A stretch of 64,000 nucleotides of DNA from Entomortierella parvispora E1425 (lineage: Eukaryota; Fungi; Mortierellomycota): positions 372,001 through 436,000 of the forward strand of contig BQFW01000008.1 in NCBI GenBank assembly GCA_020891255.1. The letters are read 5' to 3'. This document shows, piece after piece, positions 36,901 to 47,826 of the stretch. The notes beneath the pieces are model-generated. The model saw only the letters and a list, made by a program, of their open reading frames with translations. It ran no database searches and had not been told where the DNA came from. The number at the start of each line of letters is the position of its first letter. Positions within the stretch are counted from its first letter, which is position 1. The position numbers and the translations under genes are program-made.

Positions 36901-39624
36901 TCTTCTTTTGGATGTACGTGAGGTTAAACCAGTTTGAAAGGAGAGAGGGAGTTGGTGTTGTTTGCTCAAGGGGAATCAAGGGTGCAACGGTCGCTTGTCG
37001 ATCTTTTTGGATTTTCAGGAGAGGGCGGGGAGGGTGAAGGGTTTACTTTGTTTGGGAGGGACGTCGAATGGAGAATTGTAGGACGAGATGACAGGGAAGG
37101 GGGAAGCGATGTCAAAGCAACTGGGGGAAAGGAGACAACGGACAAGGAGAACGGACAAAAAAAGAAAAAGAGAGAAGAAACACCAAAACAGGGATCTGTG
37201 GTACATGTTTAATGATCATTGTCTCCAGAGCATCATGGATCCGACCCCCTGACAGAGCTAGGCGGGAACCATCTGTAACAAACAAGTGCCTCGACTCAAC
37301 AACTCATGGATGTGCCTCCGTTTTCTCTTTTCCTTGGTCCCTTTTAGTCGGAGTGCCAGCCATGTGGTATTTTTGACGATGACTGTACAATGCATGAAGG
37401 AAAGGGAGAAGGGAAAACTATGGAAGGATACCCCTGGAGCGGTACCTTGTTGATAAATCGCACTTTGAAGATAGATGGGGGAGATGAAATGCAGGTACAG
37501 TTGATACTTGGAGTTGAAAGCAGTTTTTGTTATCATCCTCAGATCACTGCTTACCATCGCTGCCTGCAATGGCAATTTCCTGACATTGGTCACCCTTCAC
37601 TCCAGGCAAGTCGACCTCGCTGGCTCTTTCATGTATGCCGACCTTGGGCGTTTTTCTCGGCTCCCTTCCTGCACTTCTCGGCGCCCCCGCATTAATGAAA
37701 ATGGCGCTATTTTCCTTCTTTCCGTCTTCTTTCCCACATGCTCACCAATCGTTCATGGAGGAGAGGGAAGAATCCTGCATGCAGATGGTCTTTTTTTTTT
37801 TTTTCTTTTTTTTTTTCTCGCAAAACTTCAAGCTCAAGATGCAAACCGGATAGAGTGACATCGGCGGGATGCAGAGTGCTCACAATCGCAGCTTGCGATC
37901 CTCTGTTAATATCATGACCCTGTACTGTACCGTACCGCAAAGGTCGAAAGTTTGTCCTGCTGATGAGGCGATGACCAATGTGCCTTTTTGGCGATCTGCA
38001 TTGTCATCGTAGGTTCAGGCATTCTACGACTGACTGCCTGGCAGTCTGGACCTTCTTCTCTTCCAGACAGTCCATCTCACGCTGTGCTCTTTTTGGCCGT
38101 TCTCTCTCTTTTTTTTTTTTTTTTTTTGCTGGCTTTCGGCCGTGGGGTTGTGTTTTGTTTTGTTTTGTTTTGCTTTGCTTTATTTTATTTTGCTATTCCG
38201 CTCTGTGTTCACCTTCATTCCTCGCTATGGTCAATATCGACGACATTTGAACCTGGTCACCATCGTGAAAGCCAACTGTCCATCAACCGTTGAGAAAACT
38301 TAATTGAATCAAAACGCGTCGTTTTCGTGTGTCGCACAAATCAAACGAAAACGAGGCTAACAACAAAAAAAAAACCAAAGAAACTGAGAGCGGATCCCGC
38401 TCTTGTCGACCCTGCTGGGCTTGCCTTGCTGCTGCACTATTTGTGGGTTGCATTCTGTCTTTTTTTTTTAATGAACTCAGAATGCTCTCTTCCGGCAAAG
38501 ATGCGGAACTGAACATCACCCAGACTAGAATATGTCTCTTCCTCTCTCTACACAAAAAATTGTAAGCCCGATCCCCTCTGTCTTGAGACCATGGTCAGCT
38601 CGCTCACTCACACACTTTTACATGCCAAGGATACAGGGAACGAGTCCCTTCCAAGTCATCAAGCCATTTGAAGAGTCATGTAGCCTCGTCTGCTATAAAG
38701 AAAAAAAGAAAAGAGAGAGAAAAAAAAAAAAAAGAAAAAAAGTTGTCTCAACAAACAAAAAATAATTTGAGGACACTCCTCATTCAAGACCCGAGGACCA
38801 AGGCAGAAACGTTGAAAGCCCACGAGAGAAATCTGGGTTTTGTATGGACCCACCGACGGTCAGCCGTTTGCTCTTTGCCCCTGGGTTGAAGAAAACGGGT
38901 TCTGAAGCTGAGTTCACTCGATCTTCATTTCATGAAGTTTTTTTTTTAGGTAATGGCATTGCCATATCCCTGACTGTTTCCCTCTTCTTTTTTTCTTTTT
39001 CTGGTGCCCTCGATGATGCGCAAGCTTCGTAAAATGAAGAAGATAAAGAAGCCGGGTGTTCAAAACGGCGACTCAATTACTTGAGAAGGATGCTTAGCGA
39101 AAACGAGGGACCAAGCCCAAAAGATGAACCTTGATAGACCATGGAATGGGGACGGATTCGTGATGTCCCCGAACGCCAGTTTTTTTTTTTTTTTCTTTCG
39201 CTCTCTCTTTTTTGTGCTCGAAGGTCGTGGGAGGATGGCACACAAATGATGGACCATCCAGAAGAGAGAATCATTCCTCTCTTAGCTGAGAAATAGAGAG
39301 ATAGAGACAGAAACTGTTGAGCCGTGTGAGCACCAAGGACAAGAGAGAGGATGTCGCACCCACGAAAATAAACCAGGGCTTTCCAGAGAAGAGGATGCAA
39401 ATGCGAGTGACGCGAGTGGGCGGGTGGGATCGAAGTAGTATTTCATTGCTGTTTTGCGCACGTCGTCCACTTTTCTTTTTCTTCTTTTCCTTTTTTTCCT
39501 TAGCACACTTTACCTGTTCCCCCCACCCCAACTGCTCCCTCCACCTCTTTCTTTGGGTCCTTCCATCCCCCCGCCCTCTCTCTCCCTCCACCTTTCCTCC
39601 CCCAAAGCCCTCCATTTTTTCACC

Positions 39625-41160
39625 ATGAAGATCTCTTTCATCATTCTCTCTGCAGTCGCCGCAGTTGCTTACGCTGCTGCCGATCAGAAGACTCAGGACA
39701 GAATTGTCCAGACCTACACTGCCCCCAACTTCCCCGTGAGCGCCAGTGAGATTCAGTTCCGTCAACAAAAGAACACGGACCCTTATTTCGCCCAGCTCAA
39801 GACTTTCAACAACTTGATCCAGCCCAAGGAATTCCCTGCCACTGCCCTTCCTCTGGCTATCGTCACACCTGCCAAGGCCAACAACAAGGGTTTGGGAAAG
39901 GTTGTCAAGATTGCTAAGCAGAACGGTTTGCGTGTCTCTGCCCGCTCGGGTGGATACCAGTCCGGTTACTCCTCCAACATGGCCGCGGTCGACAGCAAGA
40001 AGCAGGACTTTGTGTTGTTGAACCTCTCCAAGTTGAACGCTGTGTCCGTCGATCCCAAGAAGCGCATCGCCGTTGCTGAACCTGGTGTCACAGGCTTGGA
40101 GTTGTACACAGAGGCCATCCAGTACGGTCTTCATTTCCCAGGACCCCACACCGCCAAGGTGACCATCGGAGGATTCCTGTTGCAGGGAGGCATGGGTATC
40201 GGTTCCCGTTACCACGGTGCCGGTGTCGACAACGTCCTCGGATTCGACATCATCACCAGCTCTGGCAAGACCGTCTATGCTGACGCAAAGACCAACAAGG
40301 ACCTCTTCTTTGCCGTTCGCGGTGGTGGACAGTTCTATGGTGTCGTGACCAAGTTCTACCTGCGCCTGGTCCCAATGGTCAAGAACCCTACCTTGGTTCC
40401 TACCTACAACGCCACCTCGGTCGCCATTGACCAGGTCTTTGCCATCTTTGATCGCCCCCAAGCCACTGACCTTTTGAGCTTCTACGGTAAATTCGATCCC
40501 AAGGCCCCCAAGGCTCTTGAGAACAAGGTTGTCTTTGTTGTCGACGCCGCCACCAACAACAAGCAGTACCTCTTTGCCTCTGTCTCGGCCGCTCCCTTCA
40601 ACTCCTCCCAGGCCGTGACCAACTCCCAGGCCGACATCACCAAGTGGTACCAGACCGTCCCCACCAACTTTGCCTCCTCCGATCCCACCACCTACTCGGG
40701 TGTCATCCACGGCTCTGATGCTTCCTGGGCCGACAATGACCTTTCCTACTACGCCGAGGATGTCTGGTTCCCTGTTCCCTTGGACCCCAAGCTCCAGCAG
40801 GTCCTGATCAAGCAGTGGGACAAGGTTCCCTCAGCCTTGTCCTCCATGGCTTTGAACACCGGTACCTGGGATGCCCCCACCCGTTCCGCCTTGGGTTATG
40901 ATCGCTCTTACTCCCTTTGCATTTACTCCACCTGGAAGCGCAACGGCACTGCCGAGTGGGATGCCCAGAACAAGGCCTGGTTGGATGAGACCATCAAGGC
41001 CATCAAGCCCTGGACCTTGGGTTACTACGCCAACGAGCTCCGCCCCAAGAAGCTCCAGGACAAGGACTACTGGCGCAAGTGCTACCAGAACAAGACCTAC
41101 AAGACCTTGAAGGTTACCAAGAACCGTTGGGATCCCGCTAACACTTTCAAGAGCTTGTAA
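39625..41160 (+). CDS. Secreted FAD-linked oxidoreductase (VAO/berberine-bridge-enzyme family), intronless
   Basis: Signal peptide MKISFIILSAVAAVAYA, P.AIV.P, ARSGGY, GGFLLQGGMG, DLFFAVRGGG.FYGVVTKF, BBE tail YYAN...KNRWDPANTF. Confidence 0.92.
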   Translation: MKISFIILSAVAAVAYAAADQKTQDRIVQTYTAPNFPVSASEIQFRQQKNTDPYFAQLKTFNNLIQPKEFPATALPLAIVTPAKANNKGLGKVVKIAKQNGLRVSARSGGYQSGYSSNMAAVDSKKQDFVLLNLSKLNAVSVDPKKRIAVAEPGVTGLELYTEAIQYGLHFPGPHTAKVTIGGFLLQGGMGIGSRYHGAGVDNVLGFDIITSSGKTVYADAKTNKDLFFAVRGGGQFYGVVTKFYLRLVPMVKNPTLVPTYNATSVAIDQVFAIFDRPQATDLLSFYGKFDPKAPKALENKVVFVVDAATNNKQYLFASVSAAPFNSSQAVTNSQADITKWYQTVPTNFASSDPTTYSGVIHGSDASWADNDLSYYAEDVWFPVPLDPKLQQVLIKQWDKVPSALSSMALNTGTWDAPTRSALGYDRSYSLCIYSTWKRNGTAEWDAQNKAWLDETIKAIKPWTLGYYANELRPKKLQDKDYWRKCYQNKTYKTLKVTKNRWDPANTFKSL

Positions 41161-41397
41161 GGAACAAGCCCGCTTTCCTATAAGTTGAAACCCCCCCTCA
41201 CTCTTCATAGATATCTGTTGCGGCCCATACCACTTACATAACGTCCCTCTCATAATAATAATCATTATCACAACACCATTTTTTTAAAAAAAGAAAAAGA
41301 TGCAATTGAATGTATTGATGATGACTGACTGACTTTTCTGCAGTTTGGTGTATGGTAAATAATGAAAAAGGTATCTGTCTTCCAGAGGCAAATAACT

Positions 41398-43081
41398 TTA
41401 CAACAAGGAGGCCACATTTGTGTCAACGTATTTTCCATCCAAGTTGGCCTTCACATCTGAGTCCTGGGCCTTGAAAATGACACCGGCCTCGAGAAGTACC
41501 CTCGCGCAGGTAACAAGAGCCTCTTTTGAGACGACCGCACATCCTGCGCTTGGGTAACGAACACCACTGAACCAGTCCTGGACATCCTGACGCGTGTAGG
41601 ACATCTTTGTTTGCACAAACGAAACCGACTCTTCGTAGTTGGCGACATCCACAAAGTGAGCGGTTGCTGCAGAGAGCGCTCTGAGGAAACGGGCCAAGAT
41701 CGATTGTCTCTCTGAATCTTCTCCAATAGGCAATTGACGGACCGAGGCCGCGATCATGAATGCAGGCCATGGTGGCGTGATGGTGTCCACAGATCGAACT
41801 TCATTCGAGTCATGGTATGGCTAAATTAACGGGAAGAAGAAAAAAAAATACGGGAAATTAATTTTGTGCGCTCTGTTTGTGTGATGCACACGATAATCTT
41901 TCGGTTCGTCTGTGGTCCATGTGTTCACGCCACGATTGAATTCGGAAGATGGCACAGACAGCACCCCAGTTTGTTGGAGGGATAATCAAAATAACTCGGG
42001 AGTACTCTTTTTTTTTGACTGGATTGATCCCAAGGATAACGGATAACGGAGAACTGCGGGATAATGGTTCTTGCTTGAATTGCGCAATTGATTTCTAATT
42101 CGGCTGAACTGAAAAAAAAATGGATGGCCTACCTTTGTGGTGAACTTTTCCCAAAGGAAAGCATCAGAAGATCCATCGTTGACAGAGTCCCGCATGCCCT
42201 GGAAAGTATTCTTGACCTCAAAGTGGAAAGGTGCCTTGTAATCCGGGTCAGCAGGCGAAGTTCCCTTGAGCCATCCCTCCTGTTCCGCCAGCACATAGGG
42301 AATAATGTGACTTCCACTGCCGATCCTGGAAATAGCAATTGTGCCATCCTGAAGCGTCTTACGGTCCACATGTCGAGATTCTTGACCAACAGAGATGGCC
42401 CAGCCTAAGTTTTTTTTTTAAAAAAAAAAAGCATGTCAGTGAATATACTTCTGGGATAGTTTAGCCGGTGATTCATCGTCTTACAGAGAGGTGACTCGAC
42501 ATAGGTGCCAACAATCTTGTAGCCATCATGGCCCTTTGCGATTCCGGCCAAAAGACCTTCGGTCAACGCAATAGCAACATCCAAGGATCCATCGATAAGT
42601 TTGGCGGTCATCTACAATCGTTATGATTCATCGCATCGGTTGAACCCAAAAAAAACAAAAAAAAAAGTTAGGTCCACATTTCCGATCCAGGGGGGTATCA
42701 ACTGCACAGCGACGTTTTTCCTCCAAGTCATGTTATCCCATTACTTGGCTTCATGATTGACAAAAAAAATCTAATGACAGTTCTTTACCTCACCAGTGCC
42801 TCCAGGGCAACAAACTCTCTCGACAACAAGCCCCTCCTTCTCGAAGTAGGCAAGCTCGACGGCCATATGAAGAGGGGAGGAGAAGTGCTCGGGAACTAAA
42901 CGAAGAATAGTGCAAGGCAAAACGAAGACATGATAAGTCTGTGATCATTTTGTCAACGCTGGAACGTTGGGACGCAGAAACTGCTGAAGGAGAGGTCGCC
43001 TGAATTATATCCCTCCTCTCTGCAGGATCTTAGAAACATACCAAAGCCCACCCTAAGAACGTTCAAAGTAGAAGAAACCAT
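41398..43081 (-). CDS. Periplasmic-binding-fold protein, Ca3427/NMT1-THI5-like, spliced
   Basis: LRVGF|VPEHFSSP, DVAIALTEG, GTYVESPL, ISRIGSGSH, AFLWEKFTTK, ITPPWPAF. Confidence 0.85.
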
Positions 43082-43327
43082 CCCTGAAGAGACGCTGTTT
43101 GGTGGAGTGTGTTGGAGTTTGTTGGTTTGTTGGCGGTGGTTGCAGTGGAGATAGGGAGTATGAGTGAGTGCAGGAATGAATGAACGGAGGAATCAGAGGA
43201 ATGAGAAGAGGAAGAAGATGGAGCCAGCAGCCGATCCCCGGTGACTGCCTTTCAAATCGATCAGTCCGCAGATGACGAAACAATGCGGGGTGGGTATCTG
43301 TTTTTTAGTTCTCTCGACAACTACACT

Positions 43328-45351
43328 TCAAATCATGTCTGGTGGCAGATTGGCTAGCAAACTCTTGAATCCGTACTGTGTACACTTTTGGCTCGCGAGC
43401 CCACAGGCGAACTTCAGTCCCCGGCCAATGTCAAGTCCACGGACGCCCAACGCCAAAATGATTCCCGCAATAAACGTATCACCGGCGCCGACTGTGTCCA
43501 TGATCACCTCGACCCGACCAGCACCTGCGCTGAACCTCGTCCCGCTCTCCAAATGCAACGCTACTGCACCTCGTGCACCCCAGCAACAAAACATGGTTGC
43601 ACTCGGTTTACAGCTTTTTCCAATGTTATCCAAGAAATCCTCGGGTCGATGGAACCCCAATGTTTCCGCGTACAATTTCGAAAAGAAGCAAACGTCTGCT
43701 TGTTGGAGCAAGGTCTGGATCCCGGGACGATCTCCCTTCTCGAATTCGACAGAGATGGTCAATTTCTGCCGCCACCCATGCTTGATATAGACCCTCTCGA
43801 CGTAATCAATCATCCGACCAGCATCCGCGCCTCGACCTTCAAAATGGATCCAGGTGAACGGCGGTTTGTTTGAGGTCAGGTCCGAGGTAAACTTCACAAA
43901 CTCCATGTCGAACTTTCGGACAAACTCCTCTAGTGTCAGGTCTGGCAGTGTTGAATGGCTGATGATGGTCCGTGTGCCTGTCTCAACAGAAGAGATGATG
44001 TAGGCCTGAGGTGGGCTTGGCTGTTCTGGATGATAAACGCAGGTTTCCGTCTTGATGTTATTAGCGTGAAGTTCTTTGAGAAGCATCCTAAATCAAAAAA
44101 AAAAAAAAAAAAAAAATGAAGGCGCGTTAGTTGATGGATGGAAGAAAGTCTCGAGAATCATACTGCGAGTTGCATGAAAGCGAGGAAGAAACAAAGGCGA
44201 GGGAGAGCAATTGAGTGGCGTCCGTATCCTCACGAAGAACATGATTGAATATGGTCGGCGTCGCGCGATAGCTCGAAACGCACGAATGAATGTGAGCCTT
44301 TAGAACAAAGGAAGGGAGCAAAGCCCCAACCGCAACGAAATAGCACAAAAGAGAGTTGGAATGTGCGTGCATGCCCAATAAACTTTCTTTAAAGCAAAAA
44401 AAGAGGTGGGAGAAAAACTGAAAAGGAAGGCATTGGGCAACTAGAGACTGAACCTGCGGAGATGAAAAAAGAGCCCTCCCTTCTCTCAACTTGTTGTATG
44501 AAAGAAGGGCGTTGCGCACGAAAGCATGTTGATGCGAATGCTCAAAATAAAGCTGGAGATGGGGCAAGATGTGCAAGATGAAAAGCAAAGGCAACAAACA
44601 AAAAAAAAGATCAGGTAGAGATTGATTGCGAACGGTGAACAATGGCAAATGAAGCCAGGGACACAATGGACACATGCACAAACACAAAAACACACATCCG
44701 CACAGAGCGAGTTAGGCAAAGGCAAAGGGAGGGCGAACAAGGGTGGGTGATGAGGAGAGATGGGTAAGGTCCCTTGCTTTTTGTTTGTTTGTTTTTTGTG
44801 ATGTTGATCTGACTCTTGACCCGCCCGTGAGCCAAAACATCAACCTTTCACCAAGATTGCCAGGTTTCGCAACCCCCCCCCCCCCCATTGATCACACCCT
44901 GGTCAAACTGCCTTCAACCACATTCAAGGATGCAGTGAACCACAGTTGCGCAAAGGAATCCGAAAACGGAGCGAGTAAAATAAACACATTACCTGGAAGC
45001 TGAAACTGAAGGTAGGCTACTCATGTACCAGACCTTTGCCTTTGGATCCTGTCCAACAACCTCGGCGGTATTGGCTGCATTACCACCACGTCGATGCTCG
45101 ACCATCTGTGCTCGCTGTTTAGTGTCTTCGATTGGAAAGTGATTGACGTGCATGATCGTATCAAGGTATGTGGCTCCAACCAAGTAAACTCCAATCCTCT
45201 GGCCAGAGTAAGTTGTTGGGTAATTCCCGCTACCATTGTTACTTTTGCCCTTTCCGCCACTGCCAGCAGAGTGCCCCTCGGAGGAACTAGAGGCCACCGA
45301 GGATGTGGAAGACGGTGTGGAGTTTGAGGACAGTTTGAACAACTTGTGCAT
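43328..45351 (-). CDS. PfkB-family sugar kinase, ketohexokinase-like; one 905-nt intron
   Basis: VGATYLDTI, RRGGNAAN, WIHFEGR, SVEFEK, WGARGA, DTVGAGDTF. Confidence 0.9.
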
Positions 45352-46547
45352 CTCTGAAATGTGAATCCGAATGTATGAATGAATGAGTAGGAAGAATGAG
45401 AAGGAATCGGACTCAGGACAAGGTCGGTAAAAAGTGTGGGGGGATAGAATCTCTTTCTGCGATAGGAAAGCTGATGATGAGCGCGGATTACGGAGCGATT
45501 TGTAAAGGATGAAGATGAGTCAAACCAGGACCGATGCTGTGGGCTATATTGGATAATGAAACAATGAGTACGAAGAGAGGCGGGGAGGAAAGGGAGGCGA
45601 GACAGGAAAAGGCCAAGAACAATGATGATCAGTGAAAAAAAAAAGGTGGGTGCTCACTTTTCTGTTTTCCGCAACCCATTCATGATCTCATCCACCCATA
45701 ACACCGGCTCGAGCAATTGAAAGAGTCTGGACTCAATAAGGCGAAGCTAACCATGCGACCGCTATGAACTCTGAAAGCATAGAAGACAAGATGATCTGCT
45801 TTCGTCGTGCGTTTTCCCTTCATGTCGCCCTTCAGGGACTTCTTCCGATCGCTCACTACGCGTATCCCCCTGGTTTTGCCGCGGAGGATCTGCTTTACAC
45901 TTTTTTTTTTTTGATTGTTGATCGTCGATGGTGAGAGGAAGAACGGGTCGCCACGCTTGTTTGCCTAACCAATGCACCCTTCTAAAGGGTTCTCGCAAAG
46001 CACAGTCCACTGGATCAGTTAAGGCTGCTCCTCGGTCACCCACATGCAAATGTCTCGATGAGCAATGGTACTTCTCTTGGTATCACCCTCGATGTGTTTT
46101 TTAAAGAAACCTCTCTCCATGCATGTTGTTTCGATACTTCTAGTTTCCGCGGAGTATGAACTCCAGCGCAGAACTGTTTTATTATGGCTGCGTCAAAAGT
46201 CCGAAGTGTTGGTCATAAGAAGTTGCGAAGGGTGCCTGTTTTGCAACGGACTTTGTCAATGCCAGCAGTTACCTATAGGCAGGCGAGAAGGACAGTGTAC
46301 TTTAGCATGGAAGCAACTCAGTTGATCGATTTCAAGCGACAGTCTTGGGAAAGACTTTCTCACTCAGGAGGCTGCGTTTGCGGGCCAATTTCAATATGTC
46401 TTCCATTCCGAAAAAATACACAAGTGTATCTTTCAGATCGAGAACAAGGATGATCGGTTGCTCATCATCGTGATTTTTTTTTTCTCCCTCGAGACCCAGG
46501 GTACTTCAGCCCAAAGAAGAAACAGCGCTTACCTTTCATATTATTTT

Positions 46548-47408
46548 CTAGCAACGTAGTGGCATTCCCGGCCAGTAGACGACTCCATCTCGCCTTACAC
46601 TATCACTGTAAGTTTGGTTCAATAGATCCTCCAACATCTCAATGCTTCGTATCTCACTGGTATTGGCTTGGTCCGAGCCTGACGCGTAAAGACGTTGATG
46701 AGTTCTCTCGCGCAGCTTTTCGTTCAAGGACATGAATGAAATGTCTGTCGATGACAATTCTTCCGCAGGTATGTCGTCCTCGTCCTCATCCTCCTCTTCC
46801 TGCTCCTCTTCTTCCCCGAGGTCTCCTAAATTACAAGATTGGCCATGAGATAGATCGCTATCACTTTCGTCGCTATTACCCTCATTCAAAGCGAACCCGA
46901 GTCTGGTTAACTTTCTCCTCTTTGTCCTTCGAAGCTTCAGTCGATTTTTCTCTTTGAGATCTGCCAACGCTTTTTCCTGTCGAAAGCGCCGAGAGAATTC
47001 AAAAATGGCGATCGCTTCTTTGCTGAGAACTCCTTCGTTATCTTCTTGAACAGCCTCGTCATTATCGTCCCACTCTTCGGGTGTCACTTCTGAAGGGTGA
47101 TAATCTCCAGGATGCTCTGTAGTTTCGCCGTCGTTATATGGTTCAAGATCGGTACGTTCGGGAGCGCCCCATTCGCCACCATGCAACCATGCCGGCTGCG
47201 ACCGGGGCCAAGAAGGGTGAAATGGGCCTGATGAAGCACCTGCAAAGAATGCTTGTCTCTGAGATTCAGAGAAGTGGGTGGCGTGGAAGGTACGAAATGA
47301 TAGCACTGATGGCTGACTTGGCTTTGATAAGTCGGATCCGTCTGCGTGATACATCTTGTCATGTGGATGGTGGTCTGCAGGATGGTCGACCGATTCGCGT
47401 TCCAACAT
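46548..47408 (-). CDS. Gemin8-like SMN-complex subunit (286 aa, intronless)
   Basis: LSKEAIAIFEFSRRFRQEK and C-terminal RLY...IEMLE...YWPGMPLRC resemble animal Gemin8 (EELRQYFAETERHREE; RLYG...YWPVIPLKF), recalled from memory. Confidence 0.65.
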   Translation of the reverse strand: MLERESVDHPADHHPHDKMYHADGSDLSKPSQPSVLSFRTFHATHFSESQRQAFFAGASSGPFHPSWPRSQPAWLHGGEWGAPERTDLEPYNDGETTEHPGDYHPSEVTPEEWDDNDEAVQEDNEGVLSKEAIAIFEFSRRFRQEKALADLKEKNRLKLRRTKRRKLTRLGFALNEGNSDESDSDLSHGQSCNLGDLGEEEEQEEEDEDEDDIPAEELSSTDISFMSLNEKLRERTHQRLYASGSDQANTSEIRSIEMLEDLLNQTYSDSVRRDGVVYWPGMPLRC

Positions 47409-47553
47409 GACAGGCGCTTATTCAATTATAGAAATTTTGTGCAATTATATGATGCACGTGATCTATTGTATCACGTGATTTGTTGTTGACTGTTTGATGT
47501 AATGATTCATATAGATCCCGAAATTTCGGCCATCAAAATCATTAAAAATGCTG

Positions 47554-47626
47554 GCTCGTTTAGCTTAGTCGGTAGAGCGTCGTGCTAATAACGCGAAGGC
47601 CGCAGGTTCGATCCCTGCAATGAGCA
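47554..47626 (+). tRNA. tRNA-Ile(AAT), intronless
   Basis: Cloverleaf: acceptor GCTCGTT/AATGAGC-A, D-arm TAGCTTAGTCGGTAGAGC, anticodon loop CT-AAT-AA, T-loop GGTTCGATCC. Followed by a T-rich tract. Confidence 0.97.
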
Positions 47627-47688
47627 TTTCTTTTGCCTCCTCGGACTTTTGCGCGCAACTAGTGTCATTTTTCCTCTTTTTTTTCCTT

Positions 47689-47738
47689 GGGTTTATCTAT
47701 TTGACAACCCAGGTTGTTCGTTTTACCTGACAACCCAC
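47689..47738 (+). repeat. Left terminal inverted repeat of the MULE
   Basis: GGGTTTATCTATTTGACAACCCAGGTTGTTCGTTTTACCTGACAACCCAC. The TGACAACCC motif is repeated within it and again near 47794. Confidence 0.92.
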
Positions 47739-47826
47739 TCTATATTTGGTTAGTCTCGTTTTTTATTCGGCAACCCACCTGTCATTCCTCAATTGACAAC
47801 CCAGGTTGCCAAACAAACGTTTATTT

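Noticed and set aside
39271-40710. 479-aa antisense ORF overlapping the FAD oxidase
   Set aside because: It is a mirror frame produced by the strong codon bias of the sense gene. The G/V/D/L-rich composition has no motif.
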